A stretch of 64,000 nt of DNA from Candidatus Saccharimonadales bacterium (lineage in GTDB: Bacteria; Patescibacteriota; Saccharimonadia; Saccharimonadales; 2-12-FULL-41-12): NCBI GenBank assembly GCA_041906505.1, contig JAYRJB010000007.1, forward strand, positions 18,964 to 82,963, given 5' to 3'. The translations under genes and the position numbers were made by a program. Positions 9,268-18,932 of the stretch are shown here, piece by piece; position 1 is the first letter of the stretch, and every line of letters begins with the position of its first letter. A model generated the notes under the pieces. That model saw nothing but the letters and a program-made list of their open reading frames with translations, ran no database searches and was not told the origin of the DNA.

Positions 9268-10878
9268 TTACGGACTGGGTTTCGAAGAGGGCTTTGGAAG
9301 CAACTTTGTAATTTCGAAACAGAAGCCAAAAGTACTACCATTGCCTTCTTGGCTTTCAAACAAGATGGTGCCACCTTGAGCTACCACAACTTTCTTTGCC
9401 ATAAATAGGCCGAGGCCGCTGCCATCTGGGCGAGCCTTCCGTGCGTTTGACGCACGATAAAACTTGGTAAACATATGGGCTTGCTCGTTCTTGGGCACAC
9501 CAAAACCACTGTCCTTAACGGTAAAATAAAGATGTTTCTTATCTTGCTTCAGCTCAACCGCAATTTTACCGCCACTGGGCGTATAGTAAATTGCATTGTC
9601 AATATAGTTCATTATCACTTGGCGTATTTTTGTTTCGTCAAGCATGAGCGTTGGAAAATCCTTAGGTTTGGTGTAGGTTATCTGGAGCTTCTTGTTCGAA
9701 AAAGCCTCTTTTAGTTGGTCAATCTCACTCTGAATAACATCTGGCAAAAAGGACTCAACTGGATTAATTACAAACTTACCGGTTTTCAGTCTCGACACAT
9801 TCAAAAGATCAGCAATTAGATACACCATCCGCTGCGAGCTAGAAAACGCTTGCCCCAAGAGCTGACGTTGGAGAGGTGTTATTTTGCCCGCATCGCCCTC
9901 TAAAACCATGCTCACATAGCCCTTTACCGAAGTAAGGGGTGTTCGCAGCTGATGGCTGGCCATGCTAATAAATTCGTCCTTGGTGTCATCCATTTCCTTT
10001 AGTTTTTGGTTGGTACGACGAAGTTTTGCAGTGGCCTCTTCAATGCGCTCCTGGAGAAGTACGTTAAATTGCTGAATCTCTTCGAAACGCAGCGAGTTTT
10101 GGATCGCAATAAGAAGTTCGTCGGCAATAATTTCAATAATTCTTATGTCGTTGACGCTGTACGCTTTACCGCTTTTCTTTGGACCCAAAATAAGATACGC
10201 CACCGCCTCTTTTGTTTGGTAATACTCTTCTACAAGTGGGCGGACAATTGCTAGGTTATTCTCGACCAGCACTTTTTTTAGCTCACCTTCTGAATTATCA
10301 ATTTCGGCGGTAATCGCCATAATCTGGCCACGTTTTAGCAGCTCTTGTCGTAAATCGTCAAGATCATGAGCGCTAATTGTAACTTTCGATTCATTTCTTA
10401 TTTTTAGCTTGCCTAATTCCAGATCCTTGATCGCAATCAAACAAAACTGAGACTTTATGTTCTCCTCGATAACGCTTGCGACGCGGCGAAGCAGAATACC
10501 AACCTCGATGTTGGAGGCGATTGCGTGGTTCAGTTCATTTAAGAAGCCTTGTGGATCATAGCCGTCCCGGAAAAACAAACGATTGGTAATTTTATCGAAC
10601 GCCTGCTTGAAAAGTGGTGCCGTGGCGGCAACTAACAGCGCAGCTACGAACGGAATAATGTCATTTGGGCTCGAGGTATCGCTAGAAAATATTTGGGTGG
10701 ATCCAAAAATAATCCCCACATACAGTGCTCCAAGGATAGTAATTAGCAGCGTATATGCCAAAGATCTCGCAGCGATTAGGCGAACGTCAAAAAACCGCCT
10801 GCCTACGCCCCTATATAACAGCATGCTGGCGACAACAATAGCCAGAACCAGAATTAAGGCAGTTATGCTTATCCACAT
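9268..10878 (-). CDS. Two-component sensor histidine kinase (membrane-bound)
   Basis: Two N-terminal TM helices. H-box SHQLRTPLTSVKGY. G-boxes GSGLGL and GGTILFESQEGNGSTFGF. Confidence 0.85.
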   Translation of the reverse strand: MWISITALILVLAIVVASMLLYRGVGRRFFDVRLIAARSLAYTLLITILGALYVGIIFGSTQIFSSDTSSPNDIIPFVAALLVAATAPLFKQAFDKITNRLFFRDGYDPQGFLNELNHAIASNIEVGILLRRVASVIEENIKSQFCLIAIKDLELGKLKIRNESKVTISAHDLDDLRQELLKRGQIMAITAEIDNSEGELKKVLVENNLAIVRPLVEEYYQTKEAVAYLILGPKKSGKAYSVNDIRIIEIIADELLIAIQNSLRFEEIQQFNVLLQERIEEATAKLRRTNQKLKEMDDTKDEFISMASHQLRTPLTSVKGYVSMVLEGDAGKITPLQRQLLGQAFSSSQRMVYLIADLLNVSRLKTGKFVINPVESFLPDVIQSEIDQLKEAFSNKKLQITYTKPKDFPTLMLDETKIRQVIMNYIDNAIYYTPSGGKIAVELKQDKKHLYFTVKDSGFGVPKNEQAHMFTKFYRASNARKARPDGSGLGLFMAKKVVVAQGGTILFESQEGNGSTFGFCFEITKLLPKPSSKPSP

Positions 10879-10951
10879 TGGTAAGCATTATGTACTAATT
10901 TTGGCTAAAAACAAACGCCCTTGAAAAGAGATATGCTCACGCACAAATCTC

Positions 10952-10961
10952 GACACGTGTC
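10952..10961. promoter_or_regulatory. Perfect 10-bp palindrome GACACGTGTC in the divergent kinase/regulator intergenic region
   Basis: Seen directly. Located between the divergent starts at 10878 (-) and 11036 (+). Confidence 0.3.
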
Positions 10962-11035
10962 TCATAATTCGCAATGTATGCAACAACAAGCCTAGCCCAT
11001 AGATAGTTTTATTATTTTCATCTACAATAGGGCCT

Positions 11036-11422
11036 ATGCCGGACCAAACCTACAAAGTCGCTATTGTTGAAGACGATCAAGCGATTTCCCAGATGTACCG
11101 AATGAAGTTCGAAGCCGAAGGCTACGAGGTCGACACTGCAGAAAATGGAAGACTTGGCCTTGCGCTGGCTGAGTCCATGAAACCAGATATTATTTTGCTT
11201 GATTTGATGATGCCAGAGATGAACGGCGATGAGATGCTCGAAAAGCTACGACAAACTTCATGGGGCAAAAACACAAAAGTAATCATTCTTACCAATATGG
11301 GCGAACAGGAAATACCCCCACGCATTCGGGAACTTGGTGTGACGAACTTCATCTTAAAAGCTGACATGACCCCCCGCCAAGTGGCCGAGATTGTTCAAAA
11401 GAATCTTAGCAGCCAAGGATAA
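11036..11422 (+). CDS. Single-domain (CheY-like) response regulator receiver protein
   Basis: VAIVEDD...LLDLMMPEMNG...KVIILT: acidic pocket and conserved Lys of a REC domain. 128 aa with no output domain. Confidence 0.8.
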   Translation: MPDQTYKVAIVEDDQAISQMYRMKFEAEGYEVDTAENGRLGLALAESMKPDIILLDLMMPEMNGDEMLEKLRQTSWGKNTKVIILTNMGEQEIPPRIRELGVTNFILKADMTPRQVAEIVQKNLSSQG

Positions 11423-11428
11423 GCCGTC

Positions 11429-12742
11429 TTGAAAGTTGCTATCCTCGGTTACGGCGGTCAAGGGCAAAGTGCCCTCGAATACTGGTCGAATTTGGGTGCT
11501 AAGGTAACAGTTTGCGACAAAAACACTGGGGTTGCTGTTCCCCCAAACGCCTCAACCCAGCTCGGAGAGGACTATCTTGAAGGCTTAGACCAATTTGACC
11601 TTTTGGTACGAACACCAGCGCTTCATCCAAAGGATATTATTGCTGCAAACCAAGACACACCGTCAATACTTGCAAAAATTACTTCGGTCACCAATGAATT
11701 TTTCCGAGTCTGTCCAACCAAAAATCTCATTGGAGTAACCGGCACAAAAGGAAAGGGCACCACCAGCTCGTTGCTTGCAAAAATGCTCGAAGCCAGTGGC
11801 AAAAGAGTGCATCTAGGCGGCAACATTGGCATACCCCCACTAGAACTACTTAAAAACGGCATTACCGGCGATGACTGGGTTGTGTTGGAGCTTGCGAACT
11901 TTCAAACTCTTGACCTTAAATATTCACCGCCTATCGCCGTGTGTCTTATGATGGTGCCAGAACATCTGGATTGGCACCAAGATTTTCAAGACTACAAAAA
12001 CGCAAAAAAACCGCTGTTTTCCCACCAAAAAGAAAGTGATGTTGCGATTTATTTTGAAGAAAACGAGCATTCAAAAGAAATTGCCAGCTCCGGAAAGGCA
12101 AAACTCATCCCCTACTATTCGCCACCGGGAGCGTTCGTGAATTCAAAGCAAGAAATTCAGATAGACGGCGTCGTTATCTGTCACACGCGCGAGGTCGCGC
12201 TGTTAGGAAAACACAACTGGCAAAATATTTGTGCGGCAATCACCGCATTCTGGCAAATCAGCCACGATGCCAATGCGGTTCGCACGGTTGTTACCTCTTT
12301 TTCTGGACTCGAGCATCGACTTGAGTTCGTTCGCGAGTTGGATGGGGTCAAATATTACGACGATTCTTTTGGCACCACACCGGAGACGGCCTTGGTTGCA
12401 TTGCAAGCTTTTGCGCAACCAAAGGTACTTATTGTTGGCGGATCGGATAAAGGCGCCAACTTTGCAGCCCTCGCAAAAGGCATTGCCGAATACGGCGTGC
12501 ATTCGATTGTAAGTATCGGGGTTACTGGTCCAAAAATAGCTCAATTAGTCAAAAGCTTTAATCCCTCAATTAACGTTGTTGAGAATTTGCAAACTATGCC
12601 GGAAATTGTCCAATCCTCAAGAGAGCTTGCAAATCCTGGAGATGTGGTTTTGCTATCAACTGGTTGCGCTAGTTTTGGGCTATTTCAAAACTACAAAGAT
12701 CGCGGTGATCAGTTTAAGTCAGCCGTGAAAGCACTTTCCTAA
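11429..12742 (+). CDS. murD: UDP-N-acetylmuramoylalanine--D-glutamate ligase
   Basis: N-terminal KVAILGYGGQG Rossmann motif and Mur-ligase P-loop GVTGTKGKGTT. TTG start 6 nt after the regulator stop. Confidence 0.85.
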   Translation: MKVAILGYGGQGQSALEYWSNLGAKVTVCDKNTGVAVPPNASTQLGEDYLEGLDQFDLLVRTPALHPKDIIAANQDTPSILAKITSVTNEFFRVCPTKNLIGVTGTKGKGTTSSLLAKMLEASGKRVHLGGNIGIPPLELLKNGITGDDWVVLELANFQTLDLKYSPPIAVCLMMVPEHLDWHQDFQDYKNAKKPLFSHQKESDVAIYFEENEHSKEIASSGKAKLIPYYSPPGAFVNSKQEIQIDGVVICHTREVALLGKHNWQNICAAITAFWQISHDANAVRTVVTSFSGLEHRLEFVRELDGVKYYDDSFGTTPETALVALQAFAQPKVLIVGGSDKGANFAALAKGIAEYGVHSIVSIGVTGPKIAQLVKSFNPSINVVENLQTMPEIVQSSRELANPGDVVLLSTGCASFGLFQNYKDRGDQFKSAVKALS

Positions 12743-13361
12743 GCTTGGACACAATTGCTTGCTCTGGCTGAAGAACAATAGCCTTTTCTGCCGCGTACGT
12801 ACCAATTATCTGTTCTATCCAATGGTAGTGCGTACAGCCTAAAACAATAACGTCTGCATTTTGCTCGAGACAATCATCTATTGTGGCTTTTATCCGTTGT
12901 CGATCAATACTGTCTTGTTCGATCATAAGAGCCCAGTCTGAACAATTTGGCTCAATAATAACTGAGGTAGTAGCATACCTTGCACATAATTCTTTGTAGC
13001 GCGCACTCGCGAGCGTTCTTGGGGTTGCGCACACCGCAATTACACCACTTTTTGAAAGCGCTGTTGCTTGTTCAATCATTGGCTCCACACCAATCAATGG
13101 GACCCCTACGCTTTCTTGGAGCCTTAAAAGAATGGTCGTACTGATCGTATTGCAGGCTACGACGATCACCCCGCAACCACTCGCTTGGAGGCTCAAAACA
13201 TGGGGCAATGAGAGGTTATAGAGTTCCTCTTCGGTTTTTGTGCCATACGGAATGTGTTCGGCGTCATTTTCATAAACAATGTCGTAATTTGGAAACGATA
13301 ACTCAAGTGCGTTCGCCACCGACTTTCCGCCAACTCCAGAATCAAAAACCCCAATTTTCAT
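12714..13361 (-). CDS. murI: Glutamate racemase (short form)
   Basis: IGVFDSGVGG, ACNT and GCTHY catalytic motifs. 215 aa. Its 3' end overlaps murD by 29 nt (convergent). Confidence 0.8.
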   Translation of the reverse strand: MKIGVFDSGVGGKSVANALELSFPNYDIVYENDAEHIPYGTKTEEELYNLSLPHVLSLQASGCGVIVVACNTISTTILLRLQESVGVPLIGVEPMIEQATALSKSGVIAVCATPRTLASARYKELCARYATTSVIIEPNCSDWALMIEQDSIDRQRIKATIDDCLEQNADVIVLGCTHYHWIEQIIGTYAAEKAIVLQPEQAIVSKLRKVLSRLT

Positions 13362-13912
13362 GTGCTATATCTCCAGAGTTCTGAATCGGAGCCTAATTGT
13401 GACGGGATATACTCTGTAACAAGTGACTTATGGGGTATCTCAAGCTGGGTTCTTTGGTTAGGGTTACCACGATCCCAAACAGAAACTGCTAGGCTTATCT
13501 TGTTTGCAAGCGACTCAAAGCCTAAAACTTTGCGACTATTAGTAAAGCGATTGAACACATCCTCTATCATGACCCCCCTAAAACCATACTCAGCAATATA
13601 TTCCGAATGCTTGTCAGCATACGAAATATTTTTATCCGAATCTGCCTGTAGGACTACCAAATTTAGTTTTGTAAGATCTGCGACGCGTTCCGCGAGCCAG
13701 TTAGCACCATTTGGTACGCCCACCACAAAGTCTGGTGCGTCTTCAATTGCTAGCTTGCCAATTCTTTGGATGACTTTTTTTGAGAGATCTGGATTTTTAT
13801 GCAGTCGCTCAACATCAAGTTTGTTATTTGCAGCCACACCCGAAGCAAACACTGAATCTTCCCTCACAAAACATGTTTGTAAAACGGCTTCTCTGAGTTC
13901 TTTGATATCCAT
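13358..13912 (-). CDS. Phosphoribosyltransferase-fold protein with a degenerate PRPP loop (OPRTase-like)
   Basis: DFVVGVPNGANWLA and VMIEDVFNRFTNS resemble OPRTase D.V.G.ALGG.P.A and VLLVEDVITTGGS, but the TTGG loop is lost. Confidence 0.4.
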   Translation of the reverse strand: MDIKELREAVLQTCFVREDSVFASGVAANNKLDVERLHKNPDLSKKVIQRIGKLAIEDAPDFVVGVPNGANWLAERVADLTKLNLVVLQADSDKNISYADKHSEYIAEYGFRGVMIEDVFNRFTNSRKVLGFESLANKISLAVSVWDRGNPNQRTQLEIPHKSLVTEYIPSQLGSDSELWRYST

Positions 13913-14733
13913 TAGTTGTTTGCTATCTTGCTGGCTGAGCGGATAACATTCTCAAATAATGCGCAGACGGTTAATGGACCAACCCCACCCTTTGGGGGAG
14001 TCATCGTAAGATCATCACGCTTATATACCTCTGGCGCGAGATCGCCGACCGTTTTGCCATCTTCGCTTGCGGTGCCGGCATCTACCACCACCGCACCTTG
14101 CTTGATCATGTTCGAAAACAAAATGGCTGGACTTCCAGCCGCAGTAATAATGATATCTGCGTCTATACTTAACGTGTTAAGTGTTTTGGTTTGCCGGTTT
14201 GCGACTGTGAACTCATGGCCAGAATCTTTAAGTAGTTGGGCTAAAGGTTCTCCAACCAGTTTGCCTTGACCAATGATTAGGATTTTCTTGCCCCGTAAAT
14301 CAACGTTGTAACCAGCGAGCAACCACATAATTGCCATCGGCGTTGCTGGCTCAAAAATTGAACGTTTACCAAGCGCGTCAACATCTTTATTTGCGATTAC
14401 CATGTCACATATTTCATCTGTCTGACTTGGGTCACTAAGTGGCAGTTGCACAATAATTCCGTGAACCCCTGGTTCTGCATTTAATTGCGCAATGATATCT
14501 GGCGCAGCAGCTTGCGCAACGGTGTGAACTTCGACCTCGACCATGATATCGGCCCCGTAGGCCTTCTTTAGTCGTACGTACGTATTAATTACAGGATCAT
14601 CGTTAACTTGTACAATCGCAAGCTTTGGGATGATCTTATGAGCTTGCCGTAGCGTTCGTACCTGCTTTGCCTGGCGGGCTTTTATGTATCCAGCTAGTTC
14701 CGTTCCGCTCATCAATTTTTTTGCCATAGTCAT
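13912..14733 (-). CDS. folD: Bifunctional methylenetetrahydrofolate dehydrogenase/cyclohydrolase
   Basis: The ORF is trimmed to the internal Met (MTMAKKLMSGTEL...). The 138-aa upstream extension overlaps the divergent dedA gene and carries no similarity. Has the FolD NAD(P)-binding GxGxxG (ILIIGQGKLVG). Confidence 0.8.
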   Translation of the reverse strand: MTMAKKLMSGTELAGYIKARQAKQVRTLRQAHKIIPKLAIVQVNDDPVINTYVRLKKAYGADIMVEVEVHTVAQAAAPDIIAQLNAEPGVHGIIVQLPLSDPSQTDEICDMVIANKDVDALGKRSIFEPATPMAIMWLLAGYNVDLRGKKILIIGQGKLVGEPLAQLLKDSGHEFTVANRQTKTLNTLSIDADIIITAAGSPAILFSNMIKQGAVVVDAGTASEDGKTVGDLAPEVYKRDDLTMTPPKGGVGPLTVCALFENVIRSASKIANN

Positions 14734-14772
14734 AATAGTATCTTTTTGGTAACACCTCATCAAGGGAGCATA

Positions 14773-15390
14773 ATGTACTGCATGGATGTCACGGAGATCT
14801 TGCAGTCTGTGGGTTACCTTGGTATTTTTCTGTGCGTCTGTATCGAAAGCGGGATTATTTTTGGTTTGCTGGTGCCGTTGCCAGGCTTCTCGCTGCTTTT
14901 TGCGGCAGGTGTATTTGCTGCCAACGATCGCCTTAACATTTATCTTGTATTGTTGAGTGGCCTTTTGGGAGCAGTCTTGGGCTACATAATTGGATACATT
15001 ACCGGGAAACGCTACGGGAGAAGATTGTTTTACGAGTCCAGAAATAAGAGGTATTTCACTGCTGCCCAAGGAGAACGGACCGAGAAATTCATGCAAAAAC
15101 ACGGCTATATAACATTGTTTGTTGGGCGTTTTTTGCCCATTGTTCACACCGTCGCCCCCATCTTAAGCGGCGTTGCAAAAACGCCAATTGGCCCGTTTAT
15201 GATCATAAACCTGCTGGGTGCAGCAGTGTGGGTGTGTTCGGCCACATTTTTAGGGTATTTTGTTGGCGCTTCACTACCTGGAGCACAATACTACGTAGTG
15301 CCTTTTGTGGTCATCCTTGTAGTCATTCTCAACACTAGATTCGCCAGAGATTATATCAAGAGACTACTTGCCAGAATCGAATCGCTTTAA
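14773..15390 (+). CDS. DedA/SNARE-associated family membrane protein
   Basis: Start moved to the ATG at 14773, preceded by AAGGGAG with a 4-nt spacer. Typical DedA G-x-x-x-G/GRFLP signature (LFVGRFLPIVHTVAPILSGVAK). Confidence 0.75.
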   Translation: MYCMDVTEILQSVGYLGIFLCVCIESGIIFGLLVPLPGFSLLFAAGVFAANDRLNIYLVLLSGLLGAVLGYIIGYITGKRYGRRLFYESRNKRYFTAAQGERTEKFMQKHGYITLFVGRFLPIVHTVAPILSGVAKTPIGPFMIINLLGAAVWVCSATFLGYFVGASLPGAQYYVVPFVVILVVILNTRFARDYIKRLLARIESL

Positions 15391-16646
15391 GAAGCAGAAA
15401 CAAACGTGTACGCATACCCAGATCGTCCAGCACGTCCAGCACGACCAATTCGGTGAACATAGTCGTCGTATGACTGGGGCTGCGAGTAGTTGATAACGTG
15501 TGATACGTCGGCAACATCAATACCTCGGGCCGCCACGTCCGTCGCAACCAAAACTTTTACTTCGCTGTCACGAAATCTGCGGAGCGCTCGCTGTCTTTGT
15601 CCTTGAGATTTGCCTCCGTGAATGGCGTCAGCCTTAAAACCTCGATCGATGAGTTCTTTGCTGAGGCGCTCGACACTGCGCTGAGTATCATCAAAAAGCA
15701 ACACTTTCGAGACTTCGTCTTTAGTAAGGAGATCATGAAGTTGATGTAGTTTGTCTTGCGTCGTCTCGTACGCAACAATGTCTTGTTCGACATTTTTGCT
15801 TGCTGCGCTGGTACGAACAGAGATACTAACTGGGTCCTCAGAAAACTCTCGTATCAATTGATTAATTTTTGGATCAATGGTTGCCGAAAAAAACAGCGAC
15901 TGTCTTTTTGTTGCAAGTTCACCGAGAAGACTTCTGATGTCGCCAATGAATCCCATATCAAGCATTCTGTCGACTTCATCGAGGACTACGATATTAAATC
16001 GACCTAAATCTAGTGTGCGTCGTTCGACGTGATCTTTGATTCTGCCTGGTGTCCCAATAACCATACTAGGGTTAGCTTTTAGGTCGCGAATCTGAGCACC
16101 CATCGGTGAACCACCAATAAGTACCGCGCCACGAAGTCCGCTGTGTTTTGCAAAATCTCGACACGCCGCCTCAATCTGTTGAGCCAATTCACGTGTTGGA
16201 GCAATCACCAGGGCTCGAGCGGAAGAATCTGAAATTAATTTCGTTAGTATTGGTAGTGAAAAAGCCGCCGTTTTACCAGTACCTGTGTTGGCGATACCAA
16301 TAACGTCCCTGCCATCAAGAATAGGCTGGGTCGCTTCATCCTGTATTTGGGTCGGGGTAGTAAAGCCTAGTGCTTCGATATTTCTATGAAGCAGCGGATG
16401 CAAGGCAAAATCGGCAAATGTATGCTCGGCGGTATAGTGTGTTTCGGCCTGCTCTACGGCGGGACTCACGAACTTGCTTGGGTGAATATATTGTTTTTGA
16501 TTTTTTCTTCGTACATTGGTACTACGACCATTGTTCGAGTGAAAACGACGCTGTGGTCGCCTTTGTTGATATGACATAAAAATAGAATCCTTTGTCGTTA
16601 ATTTGCTTCTCATTGTTTTTGTCATGAAACCTGAGAAAATGAGCAA
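15387..16646 (-). CDS. DEAD-box ATP-dependent RNA helicase (DEVD variant)
   Basis: Q-motif region, Walker A TGTGKTAAF, DEVD, SAT and HRIGRAGRAGRSG. Basic N-terminal tail. The exact start is uncertain; Met 16646, 16625 and 16574 are all possible. Confidence 0.85.
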   Translation of the reverse strand: MLIFSGFMTKTMRSKLTTKDSIFMSYQQRRPQRRFHSNNGRSTNVRRKNQKQYIHPSKFVSPAVEQAETHYTAEHTFADFALHPLLHRNIEALGFTTPTQIQDEATQPILDGRDVIGIANTGTGKTAAFSLPILTKLISDSSARALVIAPTRELAQQIEAACRDFAKHSGLRGAVLIGGSPMGAQIRDLKANPSMVIGTPGRIKDHVERRTLDLGRFNIVVLDEVDRMLDMGFIGDIRSLLGELATKRQSLFFSATIDPKINQLIREFSEDPVSISVRTSAASKNVEQDIVAYETTQDKLHQLHDLLTKDEVSKVLLFDDTQRSVERLSKELIDRGFKADAIHGGKSQGQRQRALRRFRDSEVKVLVATDVAARGIDVADVSHVINYSQPQSYDDYVHRIGRAGRAGRSGYAYTFVSAS

Positions 16647-16699
16647 ACTAACTCGGATTCATTTGAAATACAATTGACTAAATTATAGCACAGACATAT

Positions 16700-16744
16700 A
16701 AAAAAATCAATAGCCAGGTGGGTCCATCCCTCGCCGGGCTATTG
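16700..16744 (-). terminator. Rho-independent terminator downstream of the DUF308 gene
   Basis: Minus strand: CAATAGCC...GGCTATTG 8-bp stem followed by ATTTTTTTAT. Confidence 0.55.
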
Positions 16745-16762
16745 ACGAATACCTCCCTGTAC

Positions 16763-17326
16763 TTATTTCTTATGCGTCGCTTCGAGGCTATGCTTGACGT
16801 CGAAGGATATGGCAACCATAAGTGGACCCATAATTAGTGCGTATAGCCCAAGAACCCACACAAACGCAACGCCGGCAGCAACTGATGAATTGAGCACAAT
16901 AATGCCAATTACAATCGCTGCTAGCCCAATGATGACATTGAGCGTTTTATAGGTTGCAGTTCCCTCATCAATCAACGCACTTACAATGTCGATCAACCCT
17001 CGTACGATTAGGGTAAAGCCAACTATCAAAATTAAGGTGCTAAACGTCACATTCGGATGCCGGACAAGATATACCCCAACACCGAGACCGATTAGGCCAA
17101 AAACCAGACTCAGCCACCAGTTGCTGCGATGTCTCATGCCAAGTAAGCCACCAACAATTTCAGCAACACCCCACACGAGTATAAAAGCGCTAAAAAGATA
17201 TACGAGCGTTTGCAGTGTTAGTCCTGGCCAAAAAAGTGCGGCAATACCAAACAGTATTGCTAGAACACCCTGGATAAGACCGATCCACCACAGCTCAGCT
17301 ACAGCTTTTTCTCCGTTCATGTTCAC
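16763..17326 (-). CDS. HdeD/DUF308-family membrane protein
   Basis: Repeated GxxxxxxG hydrophobic helices with W-rich ends (GIAALFWPG...VWGVAEIVGG), characteristic of DUF308. Confidence 0.5.
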   Translation of the reverse strand: MNMNGEKAVAELWWIGLIQGVLAILFGIAALFWPGLTLQTLVYLFSAFILVWGVAEIVGGLLGMRHRSNWWLSLVFGLIGLGVGVYLVRHPNVTFSTLILIVGFTLIVRGLIDIVSALIDEGTATYKTLNVIIGLAAIVIGIIVLNSSVAAGVAFVWVLGLYALIMGPLMVAISFDVKHSLEATHKK

Positions 17327-17341
17327 AAATCTCCATTAAAG

Positions 17342-17725
17342 TTAGCTGTCTTTTTTTGCGTCTCTTTGAAATGTTTTATGTATAGCAACACCTCCTCCCT
17401 TAAAATTGCGATAGATATTGACTGCCCCCGTCAACAGCAACAAACCACCTAAACCCCACCGAACTATTGGGACAGATACAATATTTAGTGATCGAAGAGT
17501 CAGAAAGAACCCCAACACAGTTAGCGGTATACCGATTTTATAGTTTCTTTGGTTTGGATCTTCAAATACTAGAATGAGGCCAGCACACAGTAGCACAAAA
17601 CAGAGCCAGAATGGCGCAACAGTAAGTTCGATTACCGCAAAAAGCAAGCACGTTCCAAGCGCAATAAGAAGCACGTCCACCACCGCTCGCACTGCTTGCA
17701 TAAACCGAACGTTTGGATGCTTCAT
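17342..17725 (-). CDS. Hypothetical membrane protein (3-4 TM helices)
   Basis: 127-aa hydrophobic ORF coupled 16 nt downstream of the next gene. Confidence 0.45.
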   Translation of the reverse strand: MKHPNVRFMQAVRAVVDVLLIALGTCLLFAVIELTVAPFWLCFVLLCAGLILVFEDPNQRNYKIGIPLTVLGFFLTLRSLNIVSVPIVRWGLGGLLLLTGAVNIYRNFKGGGVAIHKTFQRDAKKDS

Positions 17726-17764
17726 GTTAAAACCCCTTTGTCGTGACTTAAGGTTTATGTCTGT

Positions 17765-18184
17765 TTATACACCTATGAGACCAATGACCAATCCCATGAG
17801 CATTAGTGTTACAAACTCGTTGCCAACAGTAATCAGCGTTAGCTTAGCAGGCCGGCCTTCAAAAACATCGTGTGTAACAATCCGGGCGGCTGTGAGCCCT
17901 AGCCAAAGCCAAAAAGCAGTCGTCACACTATCTTGTAGAAAACTATTTTGAAAAAATTCATTCGACAGATACGCAACGTGCGCCACAACATACGCTGTAA
18001 TGAGACTCACCACAATCGTGATCACAATTGGCTTTGCCACATTTGTGTTATTTTTTGATAGATCTACCTTCGCAAGTTTTCCCCAAGTCGTACCAAATAC
18101 GGCCCGGGCATACCATATGCTGCCGACAACCAACGAGCTCGCCATAGCAGCAATTACCCCTAGAAAATTTACTTCTACGTCCAT
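17765..18184 (-). CDS. DUF1761-like small membrane protein
   Basis: 139 aa and four predicted helices. The N-terminal AAMASSLVVGSIWYARAVFG resembles the DUF1761 consensus. Confidence 0.4.
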   Translation of the reverse strand: MDVEVNFLGVIAAMASSLVVGSIWYARAVFGTTWGKLAKVDLSKNNTNVAKPIVITIVVSLITAYVVAHVAYLSNEFFQNSFLQDSVTTAFWLWLGLTAARIVTHDVFEGRPAKLTLITVGNEFVTLMLMGLVIGLIGV

Positions 18185-18297
18185 AGTTTCCCTCCTTATT
18201 GATTTGAATTATATACCAATTTTTCTACAAATAAACTGCTTCTTTGCATACATTCACGTTGCTCTCTGTTTGTTGACGAAAGAGTTATAATTGAAGC

Positions 18298-18885
18298 ATG
18301 AGTAAAAATAGACATTTGGTAAAAAATAAAATTCTGTGGTGGGTTTTGGCGGGCGGTTCGCTGGTTGGATTACTGGCGTCGTTTATTCAGACAATTGAAC
18401 GAATTAACTACGCAAAAAACCCGACCGTGCCACTCAAGTGCGACGTTAGTGCAATTTTTAGTTGTAGTAACGTATTCGACGCCTGGCAGTCATCAGTCTT
18501 TGGATTCTCCAACTCGCTAATGTGTATTGTGTTTTTTTCGATTACGCTTGGGGTAGCCTTCGCGGGAGCAACGAGCGGGGAAATTCGCAGAACATTAAGG
18601 CTATGGGTTCACTTTTTCGCCGTTTTCTTTCTCGGCTTTGGAGCGTGGTATTTATGGCAAAGTGCCTACGAGATTGGATATATCTGCATTTTTTGCGCCG
18701 CGTGTTACGGTGCAGTGATTGCGATGAACTGGGCCTGGCTCAGACTCAATGCTCGAGACATCTTTCGGTCAAAGTCCGCAACGTCTCGTTGGCAACGAAT
18801 CGAATCCAGTGGCGCTGACACTTTTGGATGGATTCTCTGGGCAGTCATAATTGCAACCATGGTTGCCGCACCATTCATCAACTAG
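18298..18885 (+). CDS. Vitamin K epoxide reductase (VKOR)-family thiol oxidoreductase
   Basis: Loop cysteine pair CDVSAIFSC followed by an in-membrane CxxC (YICIFCAACYG). About 5 TM helices. Confidence 0.75.
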   Translation: MSKNRHLVKNKILWWVLAGGSLVGLLASFIQTIERINYAKNPTVPLKCDVSAIFSCSNVFDAWQSSVFGFSNSLMCIVFFSITLGVAFAGATSGEIRRTLRLWVHFFAVFFLGFGAWYLWQSAYEIGYICIFCAACYGAVIAMNWAWLRLNARDIFRSKSATSRWQRIESSGADTFGWILWAVIIATMVAAPFIN

Positions 18886-18932
18886 TTAAAAGGTGTTTCT
18901 TGGTTTTAGGCCTTTTCTCGGGGAACCCAGAA

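Noticed and set aside
13912-15147. 411-aa version of the folD ORF
   Set aside because: The N-terminal 138 aa have no FolD similarity and overlap the divergent dedA gene and its SD. The internal Met at 14733 gives a normal-length FolD.
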